DNA of 64,000 nt, taken from assembly GCA_030141605.1 (NCBI GenBank), contig JAQGDQ010000449.1, forward strand, positions 124,001 through 188,000, in the 5' to 3' direction. Under the pieces are notes generated by a model. The model saw only the letters and a list, made by a program, of their open reading frames with translations, was not told where the DNA came from and ran no database searches. How positions within the stretch are numbered: position 1 is the stretch's first letter; each line of letters begins with the position of its first letter. Positions 24,614-63,561 of the stretch are shown piece after piece. The stretch comes from Tubiluchus corallicola (taxonomy: Eukaryota; Animalia; Priapulida). Position numbers and translations under genes: made by a program.

Positions 24614-26623
24614 GCTGGTAGCTTATTATCAAGATTGGCGTATTGCTAATTTCTTATATTTATTCTTCCCAGTTCCCATGCTGACATAAAAAGACTATAT
24701 TATGCAGAGTGCGTCTCTAGAATATTCGCATTGCCCGAAGAAAATATTTGCATATTGACGCAGTCTTAACCAACTTACAATAGGCAAATATAATGAGACA
24801 ACTTCAAAACTTATCAGAGGAATCAAGATCCTACAATAATTTTAATGAAATAATTTCGTATCTTATGTAAGCAATGAATAATCTCCAGTAGATAATCTGG
24901 ACCCATCTCCGCGAAACGTTCAACAATATAAATGGCACTTAAGCAATACTTGATTGTGTCCACAGCGACAATGACAGCACTTAGGCACAGTTTTGCAATT
25001 GGTCCAAACAGAAGACTAACAATAGTTTTTCATACTAGGCTAGCTACCAGCATTTTTTAAATAACTAAAAACTGAAATCAGTCGTTGTCGTCATCTGGAA
25101 ATTGCGATTTTTTTTAAATTTTATACTTTATTTATACTTCCCTTTTAAAACAGTTTACAGTAGTTTTCAGGTGCTTTCTGGAGAATACAAAGCGCATGTG
25201 CTTCCACTACTTCCACTAGATTATTGTACCTGCTACCCATTGCGCATTAGATTCCTTACACAAATTACACGCACAGACTGCAACATCTTGAAGTCAAATA
25301 GCTCACCAGCCTTACCCATTTGAAACTTTTTATTGATCGATCAATAATAAGCAGAAAATTACTACCTAGTTTTATTGTAATAACATAGATTACAATATAG
25401 CTAGAACAAGTGCTATGGAACTGGTGATGTGTGTAAAAAAATAATTTACTTAATACTGTAATTTTTTATTGTAAGTTGTGTAGTTGGATAGTCTTTTTTC
25501 CATTAAATTTTTCGTTAATTGCAATTCAAATAGTTTCTGTACATAACCAGAACAAATAAAAAATAGTACAATTCAAAAACGCGAATAGAATCAGATGTAT
25601 TTTACCATGAAAGGCGACTAACACAGCTACAGTTTAGTTATGCTGCCTTTTAACTAAAGCTAAAAGAATGTTTATTAGACAGATGTTCTCTTTGGTAGCT
25701 ACAACTTTAGATTGTACAACAAGTGCTGAAACTGCAGCCAGAAAAGGTGTAACCTATATAAAATAAAATAAACTATAATGTATGACATGTAAACTATTAA
25801 TCCATTTAAACATAAAAAATGGCTTCTGATGATTACATAAATAACCCAACTTACTACACAACAGCCAAAACACAAAAAATCATTTTTATGAGAAATTTTG
25901 CCTTGTAAATAAGATAAATCTATTTTATAGACATGTTTATGGAGCAATAAAATGGCAGCTGCACAATAATTAGTGTCAGTGTTAGCTGCTGCAAATATAA
26001 ACTAACATGAATCTTAGCACCACATAAAACCGCATGCATGTGCATGTTTTTTTTCACATAATTCAAAATAAGAGCAATACAGATACTATTATTATCAACA
26101 ACCATAAAAGAATACCTGTGCACTCTATAATATATTCAGTTAAGACAAAAATACCAATTAAAAATAAGTAGTGTGTAAATAGGCTTGCTAAAATAACATT
26201 TACAAATTAAGTGAGTAACTGTAAATCTCATATTCAATCTAACATAAGCAGTTCTTCAACGACGAATAAGTTGATACTTTTTATAAAATACTGTCAGAAT
26301 ATCACACTGTTAGAGGAGCTAGTATTCATGAATTTCACAAAATTTTGAAATGATACAATAAATGGATTTATGTCATTAATACCATTATTTCAAGTTTAGA
26401 GAGGCTAATACTTTTAAAAAATAAAATTAAAACAGTTATACAACAGAATGTAGAAAAACACTCATGTTACATTTTCTTGTAAACTACAGGTAAACTACAA
26501 TTCTTTATTACAAACACCTTCAGTTTAACAAACTGGTATATCCTGCATTATATGCAAAAATTATGCACCAAAAGAGCTATGTTTTAACAAAAATTTTATA
26601 CAATTACGATAATACCATGAATG

Positions 26624-52703
<26,080 letters not shown>

Positions 52704-53149
52704 GATTTGCTTCTGCAATAGAAAAAAGTGATTAAAAATGCACATGGTGCTGACTGTCACTTTTATAGGATACAGTATTTTTGTAAACTATCAATACCCT
52801 AACGACAGAAACCTAAACTTGTTTATTAAAAATAAAATGCAGGCTTGTACTTGTAGCACTTCTGACTGCCACGGAATACAATTATTTAGAATATCTTGTT
52901 TACTCAAAGGCTTCAACAAGCATTTCGCGTGATAATATCATTAACTATGTCTACAGGGTGTAATATACTGAAAATGGACTTTTTATGAACGCACTCAAGC
53001 TAAAACTAGTAAAAGTAAAAACAAGAAAACTCTGGCGCTAATCCCTTGACGTGCACAACGTGTATTATCACTTAAAAAGCGAATAAAGTAATATGATTAG
53101 CCGTTATAATAGGAATTATTCTAACTGGTCGAAACAAATTTTTGGTTCA

Positions 53150-53650
53150 CCTGTTCTCAAACCAAAGCATTGCCATTAGCACGTATACATAACACTAACA
53201 TTACCATTATGTAACTTGCGACGCGACAAATAACTTATAAATCGACACGCTCTGTCACTCTTATGAAGTTGAACTGGGCCTTAAATACCTAGTGCCTCGG
53301 CGTTTTCCAGACACAAAAAAACGAAAAAAGCAGACAGCCACACCTCGTTTCAAAACGCAAACATTTTGTTGTACGTTAAGGAAACTGCGAAATCTCAAGT
53401 AAACTCCTTCTCTATTAGTTATCAGTTCTTTTTTATTAATCCTATTTTGCCCTAATGATTTTTCACTTACGTGAACATCACAAACTCCCTTGGTCATTAC
53501 TGGATACAACTGGCGGGAATTTGCAGGAATATCAAACACGTAGCGTAGTTGACTGTGTGTGTGTTCTAAGTGTTTTTACTGTCCTAGGTTGAGGTTCTAG
53601 TCTTGTTTACCTGTTCTGGCGCAGAATTATCTACCAAAGCTAAATTTAAG
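53150..53650. promoter_or_regulatory. Probable bidirectional promoter and 5' UTR region shared by CPS and the SRA gene
   Basis: Divergent ATGs at 52703 (-) and 53651 (+). The CPS ATG exon has an acceptor at 52712, so a UTR exon lies upstream (candidate donor CAG|gtgaac at 53150). Locally more CpG than the flanking introns. Confidence 0.55.
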
Positions 53651-54997
53651 ATGTTTGACGATTGTTTGAGTGAATATGAAAAGAACAGGCTGAAAAGCAT
53701 TGCGGAAAACAGAAAAATACTATCGGATTTAGGACTTCTAAATCCTGTAAGCTCATTAAATTTTGATGTTTAATTTGTAGCTAAAATAAATTTATCCATG
53801 ACAGCGCTTGTGCTCTTTAACTTGTTGGAATGTCTAATTAGTTGGCAGAAGGTTGTTGAGCAGGACTTGATGTTGACGTAACTTAGTATGATCTACAAAA
53901 AGCATTCGACCAGGTCCCTCATCCTGAACGTTTGTATTTGTGGTCACAGTTAATTCAAGTTAATTAGTAGATTACCACAAGGGAATGTATACATATTAGG
54001 ACTGCATTGTTTTTCATATTGTACATTAATGGCCTTCCTGACAATGTGAATTCAATGGTTAAAAGTTTGCTGATGATACTGAAATACATGTCGCATCCTA
54101 CAATGACCATTTTACACTATAGAATGAAGTCACAACTTTGAATTCTTGGTCACGTAATCGACTTATGCTATTCAACAGCAACAAATGCAAGGTTCTCTAT
54201 ATAGGTAAAAACTCCAACAATGTTCAATACACCATGCTTGACAATAGTGGTCCATCTGGCTTATTTCTACTACAAAAGGATCGTGCTGTCTACATTGATA
54301 ACTCACAGCCTTTCAACAAATGTACCGGTGAAGTCTGAAATGCAGCTCGGAAACGTCTGTGGTCTGTTTGTAGGGCATTCACTTACTTAGACTGTAACAT
54401 GTTTTTTAGCCTTTTCAAAACCTTTGTTTGCCTAGTAATGGATTATGGAGGCGTAATTTGGTATCCAGCTTAGACCGTATGAGAAAGGCTGAAACAATCT
54501 AGACACAAGCAACCAAGCTGGCACAGCATTGCATGAACTATCATTCTCCAAACGTATGCAGAGGTTAATACATGGAGACATGTTAATCACATTTCAAATT
54601 AAAAAGTCAACTTGAAGAATGTTGGGCAAACCCTTCAGAGAAGTACCATAACACCTTTCAACCTGAGTGGACACTACTAGCATTCCAATAATCACCGCAT
54701 CTACTTTTTAAAACCATCAGATGGTTAGCAGTGAGATTAGAGATTGTACAAAGGTGGAGAAAACTATAAACAAAAAGCGAAATAGCTTTGCCCATTACAT
54801 TACAGGTATGGGTAAAATAATTGCAGATTAAGGAACTTGGTTATAGTCTTATTTGTTATTCGTAAACTATTAATTTAGAGCATCGTTGTGAAAGGAAGCA
54901 ACATGTCATTTGTAGTAGACTCTAATAGTAGTAGCAATAGTGGTAGTGAGGTAGTAATGGTAATAATAGTATTAGTACTAGTAGTAGTAGTAGTAGT

Positions 54998-55031
<34 letters not shown>

Positions 55032-58000
55032 AGTAGTAGTAGTAGTAGTAGTAGTAAATCTAATTTTTAATATTAATATAACTTTGGGGATAAATAGTTC
55101 TTCCGCTGTAATTACGACAATTAGATTGTCATTTTATATCTTTGGCAAAATTACATCAACTCGGTAATTACTAATTGTATAACACTTTGTTGCTCCCTTT
55201 GTTCATGGCATAACAAACTAACTCAGATCATTAATCACAAGATTTCACACAAATACAACATTCCCTCCCTCCTAGATGTGAACATGCATATAAACTGAAA
55301 CATAAGAAACTCGTTCTAACATGAAATACATATATTGCAATTTGCAACCCAAACATTTCTCGTAAGGTTTGGATAAACGTTATCATCAAGTAAACATATA
55401 TAGTGTAAACAGTAAAATTTGAAATTTAGTTAAGATTAAACTGTAATTACTAACTAGTATAGGTGTGCACTATATAGGATAGTAAAACAAATCTAACACA
55501 TCTGCATCATCAAGTAACAGAATTAAATACAAATTGAGCCGTTTTGGAGTAGCAATGGTTCTTTTTGACCTTCTCTAATTAGGGTTAGGAGTTTCATTTA
55601 CAGGAATAACAGTTGATGCTTTAGCAGGTAATACATCTGATGCCACTTGTGTCGTAAATTTTGTATTTATACTCGTATCCTGATCTCACAGACAATACCT
55701 TACACTTTTTGTGATAGATCTGCATTTTTTTAACTGCCCAATTGCAGAGCCCTTCTAGATCCAACTGGGGATCATTACAGGTAATGGAAAAAAATTTGGG
55801 CCAGGTCTTGCTATCATCAAAAGAAAGACAAGAAGAATTAATCGCTCTGCTAAGCAAATCATTTATGAATACAACATATAAACACGGACACAATACTGTA
55901 TTTTCAGGCAACCCACTAGCGATCAAGAACTCCGTCAACTAATAGCCAACAACACACTTGCTTTGTCCTTTTTTTCTAGGAAGTTAAGTATCCGTTCGTA
56001 AAACTGAACCTGTTATGCCATAGTTTTTAAGCTACGTAAACAAATAGTGATGTTTGAGGTACAGCATCAAACACCTTTTTCGGTTCAGCAATATTATATC
56101 AACAGGCTTGTTTACATTTTTCAACTCAAACCATGCAACTGCATTGCATTATAACTTTATAACTGTTGGATAACCATTGTTTCCCTGTAACAAACCTATG
56201 TCGTTTTTCACAGGTAAGGAAAATTTAATTATATCTTATTATTAATGGTTCATTATAAAATTATGCTTTCGTATGATTTTTTTCCATCACCTTGTCAATC
56301 GTATTTAACAATTTAAGTAGCCTGTAGTTTGACGGATCCGACTTATTGCCCTTTTTATGGATTGGAGTAACTTAGACCACTTTCTAATATCCACGTAACG
56401 GAAAATTAGTAGTACTTATATCAGGGTATTGTTATTACACTGTAGTTATTTCGTAGTCAGAAACTTGGGACTAGCAAGTTTTCTAGCCAAATTAACTCAC
56501 TAACTCACAGAAGTGTTCAGACTAAATAACAAAACTAGTGTGAGCTACTTTCTAACAGCAAGTGCAAGCTGACACTCAATTCTCTATTCACTGCAAAAAA
56601 CTTGCCAAGTATCTCAGCTAGGCATTCACACTAGACAGTAACTCACAGGAAATGAATACACAGCAGCTTCCGGAGAGTTTGCAACATTGCAGGCTTGCGA
56701 CTTGCTAGTTTGCTGTCAGAGAGAAAACTTGTGACAGAAAATTTGCTAGTCTGGATGCACTGTTAAATTCAAATATGAATTATATGCAAACCAACCAAAT
56801 TCCTGCTATGTTCTTTATTTAAGCCAGTAGAACTTGGTCAAAGAGGGTGTATTGTATAGTAAATGAGTAATTGCAGCTTTTTAACTTAAGTCCAGCCTTT
56901 GAAGGTTATGGTTTGCTAACTATTATTGATTTTATTATATTTCAGTACAAGCCATTCCGTGTGATAAAAAATACTCCTAAGCGAAAACCCGCTCTTGTTT
57001 CAAGACCCTCTAAAAAAATTATTGTAGCTGAAGAAACTATTTCTGCTTCTTATCCAGAATGTCGTGTCACTAGGAGATCTGCTCGTTTGCGTGGGCAGGT
57101 AACTTGAAATTATAAGACATACTGCGCGTCACAGTTACTGATTTAGTATCACATGTATAAACTTACATAGTGTATGTACAGTAGGCAAACTATCACTGTC
57201 TAATTTTACGTAGCTATAATTGTTGTAGGTGTGTTGTATAATTTGTCTACTATAATTTGTACTCTTGTTGTAGGTGTTATAACATTTAAACTTTCTTGTT
57301 TTAGAAATCGTTCAAGTTTACAAATAAAAGTTTTGTTCAGTGCTTAGTGTATGATTTTCCAAACATTAGTTTAACAAATATTTACATGATACAAAGGCTT
57401 TTCAAGGTGTCTTTTTTCCTAACACTGGTTATATAGCCTTAGGTATTTCTTACTCGTAGCAAATGAAAGTGTCAGTAATTGTAGCAATTTTAGGCTTATC
57501 AGTTAGAGTGACGTAATTTGGCTTAAATGTTTAAATCTTAATGTTCAGTGTTCAAAGCTCTTGAGGTTGCTAAAGTTAAAAATTGTTCACAAAGCAGTGT
57601 GATGCTGACGTTCTTAGTAATGATGTAGAATTTCTTAACCTGTTACACTAACAATGGCATCTAATTAATCAACCACTTGCTGTTTTTCTGTCAAACGCAT
57701 GCATTTTCTCATTACAGTAAAAGCAGAATATTAATTGATTGCTTACAAGCGCGACATTGCAATGTTACACTTATGGATTTTTGTTTAACTAAGAATTGCT
57801 ACAATTTATATTTTCAAAGGAAGCAAAAACTGGTGTTGAACTGCAAAGCGAGATTGACAGAGAGTTGGAGGAATATGATGATGCTAAAATTCCACAACAA
57901 CCAAAGTTTAAAGAAAATGTTTTTGGCAATGTTCCAGGTATGTATGGTTATACTAATCTAGACTGTTAAGTGATCTTTCTAAAATGATAACTGGCTGAGC

Positions 58001-61000
58001 TTTTTGATAAGAAATCATTTTAATACTATTTAAATAAGTTTTATAACCAACATATTTTATCTAAACAAAAGAATGAGACAAAAATACTCATAATCTACAA
58101 TTTGTGAACAACTAGCACATGTAGCCACTGGCTCGTTTTATTAGGTGTCCATGCACTGTACAATAATTATTAAGTAAAGAAATTCTCCCTTTTGCTACTG
58201 ACATTACTTATTAGTGCAGCATACAATTTACCTCTTTATGGGAGTGTTTTGTACTGTAACATTTGTAAGATACCTAGCACTTTTCCAGACTGGTTTTAGA
58301 ATTGATCAGGAAATCTTAAAGTTTTCAGGAAAGTAATCCTGTTCCCAAATGATATAAATAATACTAAACTAAGAATTATAAACATCTATTTTAATATTTT
58401 TGTTTATCCAAAGTATAAATGGAAAATACCAGTTGTTAATTATTTGTTTAGGAGTACAGGTAGGCACAGTATGGCAGACAAGGCAAGAAGCCTCCTGGGT
58501 TGGTGTCCATCGTCCTTGGGTTGCTGGTATTCATGGTGGACTAGAAGGTTGTTATTCTTTGGCACTTTCTGGTGGCTATGAAGATGATATTGATCTAGGA
58601 GATTGTTTCACATATACCGGTGAAGGCGGACGAGATCTAAAAGGAACAAAAGCAAACCCAAAGGTATCATGTTAAAAATATTCTGTTGTAAAGTGATTTC
58701 TGTATCAGAACGCAAAAAATAGTTATTCGCAGTATGATCAATCCTTGTTGTGACACCCTTTTATAATGCCAACCTCACTTAACGCCCATATTTTTGAAAG
58801 AACAAAATGTCTGTATTCGCGTAGAATGTATTAACGGTGCATAAGTGCACGTATTAATGCACCTCATTAAAATGCAAAGATCACTTAACACTAACTTTTT
58901 TCCTGTTCCAAAGTAGGCATTTTAAAGTTCTAAGTTTGACTGTATTTGGGTGGATAAGCGTCCTAGCAGTCACTGAAGAGACAAATTGAAGACTTTAACA
59001 ATCTACAACAATCTTGTTTTTACTTTTTAGTGCATAATTGATAATGTTAATAGTTAAATAAATCAAGACAGAAAAAATTCTTCTGATGTTGCTGCAGTGC
59101 ATTTATTATCATTATGAACAGGTAACAGATAAGCTTGCAAGAACGTATTGTTTTAAGCGTGCTACTAGAAACCACTTTTGTCTTAAAGTACATTTTCATT
59201 GTAATGCTTTAATAATATACCCTTTGTATTACAAATATTGTAGATGAATAGCACTGTTTGCTCAAATAAATTGACTTTTTCTTGATTCTCATACATGTGA
59301 GTATTACTGATGCTGCCGTTCATTCATTGCAGATTCGAATTAAATGCTAATCATTACCTGAATTTTGCAGAATCTAAGAACTGCTCCACAATCCAAAGAT
59401 CAAGTACTAAGTCGGGGCAACTTTGCCTTAAAGCAGAGTGTGGCGTCTCAATTGCCTGTTCGGGTTATTCGTGGCTATAAGTTGCGCAGTCCATTTGCAC
59501 CTAATGAAGGCTACAGATATGATGGTTAGTATATTATTTATCAAGCTGATCTAGCTGGTTGCACACATTGGGAAGTAATGACTCAAATAATAAGCAGCTT
59601 ATCAAATATAAAAGATAATTGCATCGCAGACAAACAATACATACTTTACGCTAGTTACTTTTATCATACGAATGCTAATAAATTATTGCACTTTAGTTAA
59701 AAACTTTTTGCAAGCGGTTTACTGAGTAATAAGAGAATTGGCTTCTGTGTGTTAAGAGAACACATTACTTAGTAGATCTCTTCAGTTTACAAATCCAGAT
59801 ACTTAAGAAATCCATTTAGCTTTGCATCAAGGTAGATTTATTAAGTGGCACATACTGTGTTATGCAAACGCTCCATATAATTTAACATCTCAGCGATTTT
59901 ACCCGATACTTATGTAGTCATTTTTGAAATGTCCACATACTTGGCCAATACCATTGATGCTCTGCCTATGCGTTCTGAGGATAAACAACCCTATTTGCAA
60001 AAACCGATTCGCTAAGCTATAGTATAACTATTCTTTGCTCACCAGTAGGTTGATGTTCATCTTCGTTACAATCTAACTTCATTATTGCTGAAACAGATGC
60101 ATTATAACAACTGAACAAAAAATTAAATCTCCCACTTCTATAAAGTATGCTCGTTCATCCCTGTATCTCATATTGGTCATATTTGTTACATGGAGCCTTT
60201 CTCTGTAGTGCTTGTCTGAAAAAAACATGTATCCATTTGGTTATTCTAAGTAAAACATTTTTAATCTTGTGCATGTCACCCAAGGATCTTGGACCAAGTA
60301 CATTACTTATTATATTGATGATAAATCTTTAGTGGAATGCTGGATTACTATTGACATAAGAAAAGTCTCCCTGATTCTTTTACTTCCATGACTTCCATGA
60401 CGCCCTAATGCCTATGCTAGTACCACGGTGATGTAAATATCTACAATGCCTGTGCATTTACTATAGTGCCACTCGAACGTGCTAGCTAGTGACCCATAAT
60501 ACATTCAACAGGGACTATATGTCAGACAAATGATATAATGATAGACATAATAAAGTGCAACTTTAATTGAAACCAAAACAAAGTTTTTCCTCTGCGTTCA
60601 AAATCCTGTAATTTCATTAAATTTAGCTCTGAAAACTTCATTGTATTACCTCACATCAATCTCGTAAATGCATGTAATGTCGTCATGCCATTGTTCTTAC
60701 TGAGGCTAAATCAAGGCAGTCAACAATGCCTACCAAGAAACATGTTAAGCACATGGCAGCACCATCGAGTAACATATTGCGATGATGCCAGTACCAGCTA
60801 AATTGATGTGTACTAGGTGACACTTTAACAAGTTTCTTGCTGTTATTCTACTTGACAGACATCTGACATCACTTTTTTTATTGTCGTGATCACAAGTACA
60901 TTTTTTGTTTAAACATTTATTATACTAAACATGGATAAGTACAGTTTCCTTTATATGTGATCAACTTCTTTATTATAGGATTATATACAGTTGAGAAATG

Positions 61001-61490
61001 GTGGCAGGCAACTGGTTTATCTGGGTACACAGTATTCAAATTCGCTTTACGCCGATGTGACAGTCAGGCTCCTCCACCCTGGGTTATTCAAATAGATGAG
61101 GTAAAGATTAAATGCCTTTGGTGATGAAAACTATGACGTTGGTCTATACTTACAATTAATTTGTTAGGATCCAATGTTCAAGATGTTCAAGATCCACTGC
61201 AACTGCTGTTTATTAGTCAGTCATTATTATTATAGTGACTTTATAATTATGCAGAAGATTATTCTTTTAAATGGAGTATGTCATTTGAAAAGTATTGCAT
61301 TTGGTCGACTGACCTAGTTATTGCGTTAAAAACAATTATAAACGTCTATTTTCAGACCAACAGTGCTCAAAATGGAACTAAGGATGGTAATATCTCACCA
61401 TTACCCAATAGTCAGGATTCAGGTTATGATTCTGACAGTCATGCAACGAGTGCAGAAGAAACTGCATCTGACAACCAAAGCTGTGCCTGA
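53651..61490 (+). CDS. Stand-alone SRA/YDG-domain protein (UHRF1-like SRA only), about 329 aa, 7 exons
   Basis: Exons 53651-53746, 56946-57098, 57820-57937, 58452-58663, 59371-59524, 60979-61100, 61356-61490 (990 nt, GT-AG, phases consistent). SRA motifs [70 protein letters not shown]...QAPPPW. No UBL, TTD, PHD or RING exons recognisable. Confidence 0.9.
53860..54770 (+). mobile_element. Decayed CR1-group LINE RT fragment in intron 1 of the SRA gene
   Basis: Remnants of [42 protein letters not shown]; many frameshifts. Confidence 0.75.
54925..55055. repeat. (AGT)n microsatellite
   Basis: Long interrupted agtagtagt run. Confidence 0.9.
55600..56450 (-). mobile_element. Decayed CR1-group LINE RT fragment, antisense, in intron 1 of the SRA gene
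   Basis: ORF 55621-55938 reads [21 protein letters not shown]...SFDDSK...KKCKVL (degenerate SGVPQGSVLGP/FADD). Upstream on the same strand is a [12 protein letters not shown] remnant near 56320-56360. Confidence 0.7.
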
Positions 61491-63561
61491 TAACCAAAGC
61501 AAATGTTCTGTAGGAGACAATGGAACAAATCTGGTACATGTACAAGGCTTCATTAGCAAATGTAAAATAATTGATTATTTTTCACCTAATCGTATAGCCA
61601 GACTATTTGTTAGGTGTGTTCCAGTTGCTACTGATCACGACTATATTTATACTGACTGATATTATGAGAAGATAAAATATGCCACGACTGCAATTTTCTT
61701 TACTTTTTTGACTGACAGCAGTTACACTGGTAAAAGTTTTTGAAGCATACCTGCAGCTAGCTTACTCAAACAGTGCTTCTTTTGGGTATTGCGTGACAGC
61801 GAGAAAAATACTGCTTTCGATGGCCTTGTACAAATGTGCATTGTTCTATAAAATTGTTATGCAAATTTCTTATCGAATTGTTACTAAGCCAGTTAATTTA
61901 CTGAAAAAGGCAAGTTTTCATGCCATGCTGTGTTTTGTCGCATTGGTAAATACCCAGAAAACCCAAGAAACAAAAACTTTCTGACTAAAAATATCGGTAT
62001 CACAAAATATAGAATAGATGAGCTTTCTTCAATGCAATGTTGCTATTCTATAGATTTGTCACTGTATATGGTGACACCTTATCCAGCAATATTTTCGTAT
62101 TAATTTTATGTACAGTAAAACAACTAGTTGGAATGATGCTTTGCACCAGTATGTTAATTACAAAAACATGAAAGTAACGCTTTTATATCTGAAAAAGATG
62201 CACACGTGGGAAAATACTTTTATACTTTTGCTTAATTTTTGTTCGCAGCCTATTTCTGTAAATAATGCGCCAAATGATTCGGAACTGATTGCAAGATGAC
62301 AGTTTGATTATCAAGCTAAGGTACAGTATTCCCTAGTGTACTTTGATTATGGTGAGCAGAGAAAATGTTGCTGTTTTTTGTATGTAACTAATTATGTATT
62401 TGGTAATTGCATTTTATCCATTTGGAAAATTCTGGAATTTTGTGTATATTACTATTTAATTGGTTGGAAAACTGAAGGACATTGAATTGAGATATCTATC
62501 GTGTGAATAATGAAGATAAGGCAATACCCTGCATAGAATGGCCACTTTTCCAGTTTTATTTTACAACAATTATGATTTTTTTTAATTCAAATTAAAAATT
62601 TTCTTTAAACAATAATTTTCCAAAAATACTAATTGTGTATACAAATAAAAAACTGTAGTAATCATTTTGCTTTTGCAGTCAAACATCGAAAGAATCAAAC
62701 ATAGAAAGAAATTAAATTTTAACAGTTGCCGATTTCACTTTAAATTCACTTAAATCTAGAAGCGAACGTTTTGCTACTGTTAAATGTTTACATATATGCC
62801 ATAGCTTTGCTACTGGTAAATGTTTACAAATATGCCATAGCATTTAATTTTTCAGAAATACATGGATTTCAAGGTCAGTGGTTTGCGAAAATGACATTTT
62901 GCTCTTGTACCAGCTTGACTACAAAATCTAAAACAAATTAGTCATTTATTTTTTAAGACGATTTTATTATTCTGCTGATACATAGAAAATTGTTACAGTG
63001 ATGCTTATTATGTAAAATGAATTTCTTATGTGCAATGCTGGGTTTTGCTGATGCTGCAGCCGCCAGGACCAACTTCTAATTTACAAATAATGTTACTAGT
63101 GTTTTTTTAAGTAGTACTCGAGTTAAGTTTTATTGCAAGTTGGTTTTATTGAAAATATTTCCAGGTTAAACTGTTCTATATGTCAAACGAATGTAAAATC
63201 ATTTAATTATGTACTGCATTCTTGTATTGCCATAATTGTGTTCATTCATTAAATTTTTTGATAATATACTTTTAATAATTGAGCAAATATTTGCTGAATG
63301 TTGCAAGTTTTTTTAAGTCGCATCCATAATTTTACTAAGATTCATTAGTTTAACAAATTAATCACCATTTTTATGAAATGGCACACAAGAAGTTTTCTAG
63401 TATTTAGTAAAATATATTGCTAATATAAATTCATAATTGCAAATTATACTGCAGAGTATTTCTTTTCACTCTGAGCAAATAATTGACATTTTGTAGCTCT
63501 CAGTCTTTAGTTTTTTATACAGTATAATTCACTGAATGCAGTTAGTTTTCAATTTGTCTTT

